64,000 nucleotides of DNA from Leptogorgia sarmentosa (taxonomy: Eukaryota). The notes under the pieces were generated by a model, which did not search any database, was not told where the DNA came from, and saw only the letters and a program-made list of their open reading frames with translations. Each line of letters starts with the position of its first letter. Within the stretch, counting starts at the first letter, position 1. Below, one piece after another: positions 1 to 12,400 of this stretch. The DNA is taken from assembly GCA_964658305.1 (NCBI GenBank), contig OZ210885.1, forward strand, positions 7,378,001-7,442,000. Reading direction: 5' to 3'. Position numbers and translations under genes: made by a program.

Positions 1-669
1 GGATACTAAACCATGAAATGCAGTCCCCAAAAATTTGGCACCCCCCCAGAAATTTTTGGAATGTGCGCCCCTGCATATATTAGTCTTTCCTATTGAGCAT
101 TTTTCTAAAGAATTTGGCCCAAATTTTCCAAGTATGTTCACTTGTAGAATATTTTAGTATCAATCAGCATGTATTCGATTCTACTGTACTGAAACAATTT
201 GTCAGAGTTGTTCTCAATCTCTGTGAAGTGATAAGTTAATATTTAATAAGCTCCTAAAGTAGAAATAATATTGATCAGGACTAAACAACAATACAATTAA
301 TATTAGTAGTACAGTTAATTATATAATTAATATTACTGTTCAAGTTCAATTTTAAACAATGTCAAATGCTCTGAAAGCGTACTGTAGTTACAGTGTAGTT
401 AGTTCTGTAGTTACAGTAAATGCAGAATTGAACAAATTGTGGCAGACAAGCTTTTTATTTTGAGCTTCATACCAGGTTTGTATTATTTATTATATGGTCT
501 CTTCCATCTATTTTGTTCTTATAGTCAAAATTGCATCTTGGCATAAAGTTTACAGTATATATTGTGTATTCATTATGCATTCATTAACTTTGTTGTTGTT
601 GAAGACTCATATAGTGGAATTTTAATTGAACTAAACAGAATGAAATTTACCTAAATAAATCAACACACT

Positions 670-882
670 TGTTTTGACACTTTGACATTTTTAAGGAACA
701 TTATATAAGTTAATTTACGTATTGTTGTTGTTTGTAAGGAAAAGATCAAGAAACTTCGAAGGACAAAAACCATAAAAAAGCACTATTTTGACAACTTAAT
801 TTATCTATTCGTTTGATATTTGTACAAAATTAAAAAAGCTTAAAACACGTCCGTGTGTCTTTGTTGCGAAGAGTTCACAACA
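670..882 (+). repeat. 5' LTR (213 bp)
   Basis: TGTTTTGACAC...GAGTTCACAACA; near-identical to 6222-6453 except for a ~18-bp deletion near 717. Confidence 0.95.
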
Positions 883-1020
883 GTCAAAATAGTTTGATTT
901 TAGAGCGAAAAAGGAAGTTATTTTGGGCGACATATGCCAGATCAATAATACATTCCAAACACGTTCGAATAGTGACACGCTAAAATACAAAGACATCGAG
1001 GTTAGAAAATCACATCAACG

Positions 1021-4000
1021 ATGGTTAAAATTGAAGAGGCGATACGGAAAAGAAGTGCAGCGAAGAGAAAGTTCGACGACGAAGCAAAAAGTTTCGAAAT
1101 TGTGCTAGAAGCTCGCCCGGAAATATATCGCCTTGAAGAGGCTTTTGTCAAAGTCAAGGGGAAATATATCACGATTAGGGAAGTACATGATGAAATTACC
1201 GAATTAATGGTCGAAGCTGAGATTGAATCAACTAACTTTACCAACCACGATAGTTTTATTACGGAAATCATAGCAAAATATGGTCATTTGCTCGCTAAAT
1301 TAGAGCACTATCGAAAGAAATGTGAAATGGATAAAATATCAATGGAAACACCGACTGAATTGGGAATGAAACCGAAGTCCAATCTGGAGAGAATCAAAGT
1401 ACCACAATTTTCAGGCAACATTAAGAATTATCGAACATGGAAAAGAATATTCGAATCGAAGACACCATGAAAAAAAATGGCCAAGATGAGGGAAGTCAAC
1501 TTGCAAGATTGATCGAAGCGGTCCAACCCCTCCCCCCCCCCCCCCCCCCCTGAGATATGAAGTTGAATGCTTTACTACAACCAAAGCGATCTGGGCATTT
1601 CTCGACAAATCATTTGGAGATGACAAGGAATTAATTAGAATTTTGATGAATGAAATCAAAACAGTGAAACCCTTGAAGGTCAAAGATACAAAGTGGATTT
1701 ATCCTCACAATGGAGGATGTCGGAGCATCTGATGAAGCAAAAAGTAGATATGTGTTTGCAGATATTCTGGCAAAGTTAACAGCAGAAGATCAAAGGGCAT
1801 ATGGACGGAGTATGCTTGATACGAAGAAGGGCGAAAATCTGCAAACCCTGTTGGAATATTTAGAGGAAGAGTCGAAATTAATGGCATGCAGACAACCTCA
1901 ACAACGGTCCCTTAAAGGTAATTTTAACCCCCTTGATATAGACGGTGGCTACAATGATACCCCTGGGTGTGGTCTTGGTTGCTCCCAACTACATGGATTA
2001 GGTTACTGTCCAGCCTTTAAGAAAATGAAAGTGAAAGAAAAATGGGAAGTAGTGATTCAATCGAAAAGATGTAAAAAATGTTTGAAAACTGGACACAGAC
2101 ACCAACAATGTTCACGAAAAGCATGCGATATCAACAGCTGTGGAAAACCGCACCATTACTTATTACATAAAGATTCAAAACAAGAAGACAAAGGTAACCT
2201 GAACCCCGATGGAACACCAGTCAAACCACCCGGATTAGAAACCGTTAGTTCTATTTCAGCCAATAGTGCAGGAATTGCAAATGTAACCAAAGTGCATGGC
2301 GCTAATGGATACGCTATTGAAGGACTTGCAATGGTGGATAGCGGTTCCAATCAGAGTCTGATTCGAAAGGAGTTTGCGGACAAACTCGGTTTGATCGGAA
2401 AACGAAAAAGATGAAGATGTATGTTGCAGGTGGTGGAATAAGGGTTGAAGATTCGGCGGAACTTGATTTAAAGATCTCCCCCTGCTATGATGAGGATATT
2501 GTGTTTGATGTAAAAGCCTATTCCGTGAAGAAACCTTGCCAAGCAGCCAAAACTGTTTCGAAGAAAGCGGTAACCCAGTTTCCACATTTAGTTTGCATCG
2601 TAGAAGAGCTACATTTAAGTGGGGGTCCAGTAGACATTCTATTGGGAACAGATCTACCTGAAGCCCATCGTGACTTTAACGTTCTGACGGGAAATCCTGG
2701 TGAGCCGATTGCGAGGAAGAACATCTTTGGTTGGTCAGTCCTTGGTCATCTTGAAGAGAAAGGTGCCCCTGGAATTTTCGCCCTGGAAAATATAGATGAA
2801 GCAGCAAAAATCCAGGACATTAAGAAATTGGTTTTTCAAGATCAAATCGGAATCAAACCGACTCAATTACTGTACATGTTCTGAGAAGGAAATGCAAGAG
2901 TGCGCATTCATTCGACATGTTCGTGAGTCTACTAAAGTCTTGGACGATGGAAGAATTGAAGTTAAAATGCCGTGGAAACCCGGGCATCCCAATTTACCAA
3001 ACAACTGATCTGTGGCGTTCAAACGAATGGTGTCAAAAGAAAAGCAGCTGGCAAAAAAAGGAAAATTGGAATCATTTAACCAGGAAGTGAAAGCCTTGGT
3101 TGACAGAGAAGTGGTCATCAAGCTGAAACCTGATGAAGTAAACCCGGACGAGCCCGCGTGGTATCTACCGATTGGAGAAGTCGAAAGCCCTGACAAGACT
3201 ACCAAATGCAGATTGGTCTTTGATGCAGCAGCCAAAATGGATGGACTTTCGCTCAATGATGCTCTTGAAAAAGGTCCATGCCTTATGAATTCCCTCTTTG
3301 ATGTGTTGGTTGGTTGGAGACAGAGTGAAACTGCCTTTGCCGGAGACATTTCGAAGATGTTTAATCAGATCGCTGTCCATCCAGACGACCAGAAATACCA
3401 TCGATTCCTATGGAGAGACGGAGAAACTAACAAAGAGCCTGATGTGTATCAGTGGGTACGTCTCAGTTTTGGGGATAAACCTTCTCCAGACCTTGCCATC
3501 AATGCCATTAATCTTCTCGCCGATAGAGCCCAAGTCGAGTTTCCAGAAGCAACAAGGATTCTGAAAGATCATACTTATGTGGACGACATCGCTGGGTCTG
3601 ATGCATCACCGGAGAAAGTTAAAGAAATGACCACTGGTATCGATGCAATTCTGTCTAAAGGAAAGTTTACCATTAAAGCATGGCACAGTAACAGCCCAGA
3701 GATTGATCAAGATCCCAACGAGAATCCAGGGAGTCTATTGGGTCATCAATGGGATAAGAAAGCTGATAGTATTGCTTTAAAGAGAGAGGCAGTGAATGCA
3801 GATCTCAGTTATTGTACGAAACGCTCTTGGTTTGGTATCCCAGCTGTGGGACCCACCAGTACTGATGGCACCAGTTTCAATTCAGTTCAGAATCGATCTC
3901 CAGAGTCTATGGGCGGCTGGCTTCCAGTGGGATGAGTTACTACCACCAGAAGAAAAGTCCAAATGGGTAAAGAATCTCGAGATCATGAACGCTCTTCTAG

Positions 4001-6154
4001 GTACTCATCTGGAAAGGTGCCTAAAGCCAGAAACAGCCGTTGGAAATCCACAATTCCATGGGTTCTCGGATGCGGGAGAATTAGGATATGGCGGCGCTCT
4101 CTTCCTTCGATGGGAACTGGCAAATGGCAAGTTTACCTCCAGATTCGTTGCAGCAAAGGCCTTGGTTGTGCCACTGAAGAAGAAGACAATACCAAGACTA
4201 GAACTGATGGGTTGCTTGGTGCTGAGTAGACTGGCAGCTGAAATCGAACGAGCCTTAAAGATAAATCTGGATGAGACATTCTGGTGTGATTCAACGACAG
4301 CCTTGTCTTGGATAAAGACCTCTGCAACGGAATTTAAACCATTTGTGAGTGTCCGAGTCGCAGAGATACAAGAGAGCCAACCAAATGCTGCTTGGAATTA
4401 TATCACCTCCGAAGCCAACCCAGCAGATGCACTCACTAGAGGGATAACACCTGATGAGCTCCAGTTATGGCACTATGGTCCTCAATTCCTCCAGAAGCCA
4501 GAAAGCGAATGGCCTGACTTCAAACGATCTACTGTCACGTCCTAGTCACATCCCGACCCGGAGAAAAAGAACAAATCAAAAATCAAGATAGATTTACAGC
4601 TTACTCAGAGTAACATTTCAGTAATTGACGCTGGGGGGGGGGGGGGGGGTAAACAACGGACAAGCTGTTGGTAACAATGGGGACACTCAAGAAGTTCTTA
4701 ACAGAATTCTGGCCGGGTCATCGACCTTTCGCAAAGCAAGAAGAGTGACCGCCTTGCTAGTAAGAGCGATTAAGAACATTATCCAGAAGAAAAATATTAG
4801 AGGACCGATCTCTGTTCCTGAACTAAAAGACGCTGAAAAACGACTGATCAAGATGACACAAGCAGGCATGGACGTGACTGGGAAGAGAATGGAAAATCTA
4901 ATCCCATTTGTGGACGAAAATGGAATTTGGAAAGCTAAAGGAAGATTAGAAAAGGCTCGTGACCTACCCCCCGAGAGCTCCGAAACTCAGTCATAATATC
5001 GAATAACCAATCCTTGGTTAAATTGTTGCTACAGCACTACCACCAAAAGTTGGCGCATTGTGGCTACAAACGATTGATGATGGAAATCAGACAGAGGTAT
5101 TGGGTGATTGGCCTAAGAGATGCAGCCAGAAATCATGTCAAAGGTTGCATCCCTTGCAAACGAATGCGAAAAAGAGCATGTGAACAAGGCATGGGACAGC
5201 TACCAAGCTACCGAACACATGTCTATCATCCTGCCTTTGCCAACACAGCGTTAGACCTTTTTGGCCCATTTGAGATCAAAGTTGGAAGGAAAACTATCAA
5301 ACAGGCCTGGTGTTGCATATTCACGTGCATGACAAGTAGAGCAGTCCACCTTGAGCTATGTATGGACAAGTCTACAGATACGTTTTTAATGGCTTTCAGA
5401 AGATTCGTATGTCTAAGAGGACATCCAAAATTAGTTTGGTCCGACTGAGGGACTAATTTCGTTGGTTCTCAACGCTACCTGCAGGAGATGGTGCAGAACT
5501 GGGACATACCAAAGATCCAATCCAACTCTGTAGAGTTTTGCACTTCGTTCGAATGGTGTTGGAATGTACCTAAAGCTAGTCACATGAATGGAGTCCTGGA
5601 ATCCCTGATAAAGTCAGTTCGAAGAGCATTGGAAAGTTCGTGCAAAATGGCAGCCTACACAGAAGAACAATGGAGAACCTTCCTAGCTGAAGTAACGTTC
5701 TTGGTCAACTCCAGCTAGACCTTTGTACCCTGCATCCGACAACATTTGGGAAGACCCTCCGATTACTCCAAATGACCTGATCATGGGACCAAATTTTGGT
5801 GTACCACAACCTGAGGAAGAGGAGATAGTTAACCCGAGAGATCTCAGTAAAAGTGTCCAAAGAAGAGTTTGTGAGTTCTGGAAATGTTGGATGAAATATT
5901 TCGCTCCAAATTTGTTAGTGGGAGCAAAGTGGCACGAGAAGAAAGAGAATGTTGGAGTTGGAGATCTTGTATTAGAAATCGACGGAAAACGCAAGAGGGG
6001 CGAGTGGCAAATAGCTGTGGTAGAACTTCCCGGTGATGAAAATCTTGTTCGTAAAGTAAAGATAAGAACGTCGAAGGGAGTTTACGACAGACCAATAGCA
6101 AAGTTATGCCTAATTGCAACACAACACGAACTCGAACAGAAAGGAACAATGTAA
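1021..6154 (+). pseudogene. BEL/Pao gag-pol polyprotein with multiple frameshifts and stops
   Basis: Gag LERIKVPQFSG; three Cys/His knuckles (CKKCLKTGHRHQQC etc.); protease VDSGS; RT YVDD; RNase H FSDA..PRLEL..WCDS..NPAD; integrase HHCC plus DLFGP/SD*GTNF/LES; C-terminal GDLVL...RP..KL motif; split over about 10 ORFs. Confidence 0.93.
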
Positions 6155-6221
6155 CGGTTAAACAGAAACAGAGACTAAGTATCGTTGCTCAAACGTTGAC
6201 GTTCTCCGCACTGGGGAGGAG

Positions 6222-6453
6222 TGTTTTGACACTTTGACATTTTTAAGGAACATTATATAAGTTAATTTATGCTAATAATTTTTGTCACGTGTTGTTGTTG
6301 TTTGTAAGGAAAAGATCAAGAAACTTCGAAGGACAAAAACCATAAAAAAAACACTATTTTGACAACTTAATTTATCTATTCGTTTGATATTTGTACAAAA
6401 TTAAAAAAGCTTAAAACACGTCCGTGTGTCTTTGTTGCGAAGAGTTCACAACA
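6222..6453 (+). repeat. 3' LTR (232 bp)
   Basis: Direct repeat of 670-882, preceded by the PPT and followed by TSD ACACT. Confidence 0.95.
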
Positions 6454-7073
6454 ACACTTGACTTGATAGAGATTAGCAGACACAAAATCAATACCGTAGA
6501 CTAGTGATAAATTTTGACCACTTGTAAACTTATGCCTTTTAAGGATTGTCATTTTGCTTACATTCTTATATTCACAAGTGGATAAACATTGGACCATTCC
6601 AAAAAAATTCTTTCAGTACAACAGGATTAAACTTTGTTTACAAGCCCATGCCATGGCCATATTATTGTTCATAATTGAAAACAATATTAATATACTGTAC
6701 CGGTAAACTATATCTAGAACAGCACTGCTGCCTACTGTCCAGGAACGAGTCAGAAACACAATATACAGTTGTGCATATATTAATTTATCAAATTTAAAGT
6801 ATAATTTCTCAGTAATTTCAATTCATCATTCGAACCAACGTCACTATAAAATAAAATCTAATTTTCTAAAATTTGATACACACGCGGGTGTCTTAGCACA
6901 CAGCCCACTGCGTTCCTTCTTGAGATGGTAACTTCGAAACAGTAAAAATATAGCATGCTGCTCAAGTTCAGTGACCTGGTCTGGCAGAAACATTATCTGT
7001 ATGTACATTTACTATAACCCTGTGTATAGTAAATCTATGAATCTATAAATCAGACCTTTCGGTGATTTCCACG

Positions 7074-7853
7074 CAAGGGCGTCAATCCGTCCCAAAAAGT
7101 GGGGGGGGGGACCATAAGCGTACGGGCTACATTTTTTCAGGGGGGCAGAGAGATCTTTGCCCGAATTTGAGGGTAGTGAATGTCACGAGGCGCCACCACG
7201 GTTGGCGCCGAGCGAGAAATTTTTGAACTTTTACAACATCTGGATTGCTGGAAACGGCGATTTCAGAGTCCTAACTCCACTTTCTTGGTACGCTCGTTCA
7301 GGTGAACGACTGGAGGATTGTTGACATTATTTGAACTTTTTGGGGGGCAGTTGCCAATATAATTTAGGCAAGAAATTCGGCGGAATTATGGTAAAAATCG
7401 TTCCCAGAACGCTGAAAATGGTATTTGTGCATGTTTCAAATTTCAAAATTTTTCGGGGAAGATTGCCCCCAGACCCTTCTAGAAAGGGGCACGTTTCATT
7501 ACTATTTTACAACAGACAGATTTTTGTCCCCCCCCCATAGGCGTACGAGGCGTGCCCCTTTCGTGCCCCATTGAACGTGTGTACGTGGCTGAGGTCCGTT
7601 TATTGCCTTTCCAATTAGGATTTCATTCGCAGAACTATTCGAAGGCTCCGAATAGTTTTCTTCTGATCTCAGATTGTTGATTGTACTTCACAATTCACGA
7701 TGTATAGCATACAGGCATGGGGTTTTAAGATTACCAAAAAACAATTTTTTTTAAACATGATAAAAAGTGGGGGGGATAATTAGATATTCGTCCCCCCCAC
7801 TTCAAAAAGTGGGGGGGACACGTCCCCCCATCCCCCCAGGATTGACGCCCTTG
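7074..7853. mobile_element. Non-autonomous hAT-type element (780 bp)
   Basis: 15-bp TIR CAAGGGCGTCAATCC/GGATTGACGCCCTTG; 8-bp TSD TTTCCACG (7066-7073, 7854-7861); uninterrupted site seen in the paralogous sequence near 22015-22030. Confidence 0.9.
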
Positions 7854-7877
7854 TTTCCACGAACAAACCCTGGTAGA

Positions 7878-8900
7878 AATCTTAATCAGGATCCTACAGG
7901 ATCCTATAAGATCTTATAGGATCCTGTTTAGGAACAAGATCTTAATTAGGATCCTGTAGGATCTTAATCAGGAAAAAGGATTGGCTTAAGATCTTAGTAT
8001 CAAGTAAGATCTTACTTAGGATCCTAATGTCATAAGATCCTAAGGTCGTAAGATCTTACTTAGAATCCTAAGATCCTGCCTAAAAGCTTAAGAAAAATTT
8101 GAACAGCTCAATAATTTTGTACACAATATTTTGTGTAAATGTATTTATATGGGTTATCTTGGAGCAATCTAAAATACACTTTTATGATTTATATATTTTC
8201 AAAGTATTATTACTAAATCAACAAACAAGTATTTACAATTACGTCAGTAGATGTCCCTGTAAATTTAAATGCAATTGAAACTAGCCCTCAATACATCAAT
8301 TTCAAAAAGTGATCTATATGTTATAATAACTAACAAACAATTATATATTTTCTTGACTGTTTTACTAATTAAATATTAACAATTTCCTTTATGATTTACT
8401 CAAGAATTTATTCAAGATCTTAACAATTTCTTATAAGATTCACTCAAGATCTTAACAATTCCCCATAAGATTTACTCAGGATCCTGACAATTTCCTATAA
8501 GATTCACTTTAGGATCCTAATAATTTCCTGTAAGATTTACTCAAGATCTTAACAATTTCTTATAAGATTTACTCAAGATCTTAACGATTTCTTATAAGAT
8601 TTACTTTAAGATCTTGACAAGTTCTTATATGATTTACTTAAGATCTTAACAATTTCTTATAAGATTTACTCAAGATTATGACAATTTCCCATAAGATTTA
8701 CTCAGGATCTTTACAATTTCCTATAAGATTCACTTTAGGATCCTAACAATTTCCTATAAGATTTACTTTAGGATCCTAACAATTTCCTATAAGATTTACT
8801 CAAGATCTTAACAATTTCTTATTAGATTTACTCAAGATCTCAACAATTTCTTATAACATTTTAGTCAGGATTTTAACAATTTCCTATAAGAATTACTCAA
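7878..8900. repeat. Left subterminal repeat arrays of the CACTA element
   Basis: Dense TAAGATCTT/AGGATCCT motifs at 7878-8080 and ~31-bp tandem units AAGATTTACTCAAGATCTTAACAATTTCTTAT at ~8390-8900. Confidence 0.88.
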
Positions 8901-9010
8901 GATACCAACAGGTACAATTACTACTCTCAGTTGCCGGTGATCCTAAAACGTCTTAACCGCTGCATTTTTTCAGATTTAACATAACATTGAAGTCATAAAA
9001 CTGTATCTAA

Positions 9011-9452
9011 AGGTACGTTTACACCACAGAGGATATATTATACAGAGATATAACTAATGTAAATCAATATGAAAAAACTCGCATTTTCACGTACCCACTT
9101 TTTTTTCAATGCGATCGGCAAAAAATGATCAACTGCGCATGCTTGGCAAGTTTAAATTTAGTCGTCATCCAATCAGATGCACGCATCTAGTAACTTGCCG
9201 AGCATGCGCACAAAAATAGTGGGTACAGCAGTTGGACCTCTGCATGTATATACTCTGTGTTTACACTCTACGATTTGTCGGACACGATTCGCAGTCTGGC
9301 GTATGTAATCGAGTGAACACGCGCGAGAATGTAGCATTTCAAATTACGGTTCAATCATAACGGCACACGGAGTCGAATGATGGCGTCAACACTATTTTCC
9401 ATACGCCAGAATGCGAATCGTGCCCGACAAATCGTAGTGTGTGAACGTAGCT
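9011..9452. mobile_element. PIF/Harbinger-type MITE, interrupted by a second MITE
   Basis: TAA TSD (9008-9010, 9453-9455); imperfect long TIR AGGTACGTTTACAC..CTACGATTTGTCGG..CGATTCGCA..CTGGCGTATG. Confidence 0.8.
9025..9259. mobile_element. MITE with CACAGAG...CTCTGTG ends and 7-bp TSD (P-like)
   Basis: TSD TTTACAC at 9018-9024 and 9260-9266; imperfect TIR. Confidence 0.72.
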
Positions 9453-9465
9453 TAAGACTGGTTTC

Positions 9466-12400
9466 TTAGTCATGTTGATAGCGTTTTAAGACGGAAGACA
9501 CAAATCCGTAACCATTGTTTTCCTTGGATTCGACGAGGACAACCTTGGAAACAATGGAAGAACAGTTGATTAACTTCTGCTGGTTTGTCCGCCTAACCGC
9601 AACAAAATGGCACCCAAGATAGTCAGACGAATGGAACTCTTTCATTACGGGATCGTTTGGTTCTTGCGGCAAATCATTGCATACGTTATGCTGCAAATTA
9701 CGGAAGAGACTGATCACAGCAAAACCAACGTCGCCCTGTTTGACAAAAAATTCCACTTTCCCAAAATACTCCTGTTCATTCTCACGGATCTTTATCAGAA
9801 AACTAACTGATTTCTTTCGGCGAACATAGCTAGTGCTGTGGTAAGTCTGTCCATGTTTGTTCATTCTTTGGGCAACAAGCAAGTTTTCTTCCTGATGGCG
9901 GGGAAAACCTTCGACATTGTCTATTGCGGTTGTTAAAGGCTTCAGAGGCCCAATGAAACTTACACCATTTGCAAGTTCGACCATATCAGGAAGACGGTTG
10001 TACCTCAAAAGTTGTTCAGCAAATTCTTTTGCGTCGTTGTTACCTCTGAGGGCATTAAAAACATGATACTCTGCATGTTGTGCAACTGCCAACTTCTTGC
10101 ATATCTGGTCAGGAATACCACGCGTACCGTGAGACAGCCTCTTCAAATGGGCAAGCATCGATTCAAAAATAAATGCTGAGTGCAGGATCAAAGGACCATG
10201 TTCTCTAACTTGTTCTGCAAGATGGGTTAAGGAATGTGAGTTGAATGTTGCTTCCGAAATATCATATAATTCAGGCAGCAACCTGGTGTAGCTTAGAAGC
10301 ATTGCTTTAGCAATGTCAATTTCTTGATCAGTGATGCTATATTCACACAATAACCGCACACCGGTAACCAAAAGGGAATGGTGATAGAAAATTTCTGACG
10401 GTAGAATATCTTTCAGAACCGGAAGGCTTGCGTGAAGAAAAAAGTTCTGCTTTTCACTCGCTTTCCATCTCTTCAATTCGTTTAGCGATCTAAATTTCCG
10501 CTTGAAATCATGAGGTAACCCAATGCTGTGAAGACGGTCACTCAAACACTGAATATGCGGCTTTAGATTAACACCACTTGGACACGATCCTGACAACCAT
10601 TTTGCCATGCGCCTGGTGAATTCACCTTCGAGAACTTGATGCATGTAATCAAACAACAGCATCTCTGGGATTTGTAAAATTGTATGCACAACTGAAGAAC
10701 CTTTCACACCAAAAACTGTCTCTCCCGTTTCTGCTGCTAACTGAGCATGAGTTAAAGTATCGCGATGATTTCGTTTGGGAAATGCTGTGGGTGTATAAGG
10801 ATAAACACGTTTGTTACCACGACCAGGCATCCTTTGACCTGGATGTAAGCAAGAGCAACAACCAAATCTGCCATTGTGTAGTATAAAATTAACCGATGGG
10901 GCTTTTGCTACCAAATCAGCAACTTGCCCGCTCACCATCAGCTTAAAGTTTTGTTCCATTCGCTCATGAGACAAAGTAAAACCTTTCGTAAGATTTCCGA
11001 CTTCCTCGCAAAATTTTGATTGAAACACTTCCATATTTGGTTTCACTTTTCCGTACCAAATACCAGACAACAGTATGTTCTTGGAAGCTCAACGACAAAA
11101 CTCTGGATAGGCCAAATTGAAATGTTTTTGGACCGAAAAGCAGGTGCTCCATCAAGATGCCAGTAAATTGTGATAGGAAAGAATCCACTTTGGTTTACCT
11201 CGGCAAATAGGTGTTGGTATACTTTTCCATCAATTATATCCGTATAAATACCTGGGGTATGGGTATAGTTTTGGATAAATTTTTTTATGGAGTCCCAATG
11301 CTCTAAAATGATAATATTTTATTATTAATAAACTAATATCATTGTATTGGCGAAGATAATAAGATAAGTATATAGTCTTCACTAACCTGTCAATAACCTC
11401 TTCAACTCAGGTAGAATATCAATTGTGTAAAATACGCTGGAATTTTCACCACTAGCATATCTTTGATGGTAGTTGCATGTCCGATTTTCACACAAAAAGT
11501 CCTTCGTGAGAAGCGTTTGGCAATTCGTGCAGGTGACGTATTTGGTGGATACATACTCCAACTCTCTTTCCGTTTCCTTTTCAAAAATGTAGCTTGATTT
11601 GGGTAGCTTGCTCCCTTTAGGTAAGCACAATTCCAACATCTTTAACATGCTGTCTAGTGCTATATTTGCAATGTTGTGCCTTTGCCTTAATGCCAACAGA
11701 ATAGCATTAAATTCGGAAACAGACAATGAAGAGTCCTGAAACAGTGGTAGACCTTTCCGAAACACGCCCTCCTCATCCGAGATGCTACTTTCATCACTAT
11801 CACTGAGTAAAGATATGTCATCATGTGTATCTGAACATGAGTCGGAAATCTCGTCATCGCTTCGTTGGTAACCCTCAACGGTCTCTGTTTCACTGTTTTC
11901 AAAATCTATAAAATAGAACGTTTGTTTCTCTTTTATCTACTGTACATGCTTACTGCGATGAACTTCCCAAGTTCTATGCCGGATTTAAGATAAAATGAAG
12001 GTAAAATGAAGGCTCGAATCCTTCAGCGTAAATTATACTAGAGTGGCAATTATATAATTCATACCATGAATGGGCGAATGAACAAAGTTGCCAGTTGGCT
12101 GTTCATCAATACCACGACCATGATTAACATCTTCTGTAGCATTTGCATAACTTCCTTCCTCAAAATCAAAATCATGCTCTGCATCCTGATTCATCTCGGG
12201 AAAAGAACGCTCGTTGTTGCAGTTTTTCTTGAGAAATTTATTACATGACACATCTTCATCCGACTGATTAGAACCGTTTGACGTGTTGGAGGAAGAACTA
12301 ATCTCAGTGCTATCGCTATCAGTATCAATATCACTGTTGCTGGTTCTGCTTTGTCTAATAAATGTAGGAGATCCTAAAAAATGGTATTTGGAGTCAGTGA

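Larger units (their letters stand above)
670..6453 (+). mobile_element. Full-length, decayed BEL/Pao LTR retrotransposon
   Basis: TG...CA LTRs at 670-882 and 6222-6453; 5-bp TSD ACACT at 665-669 and 6454-6458; polypurine tract GGGGAGGAG at 6213-6221; internal gag-PR-RT-RH-IN domain order with BEL-type motifs. Confidence 0.96.
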
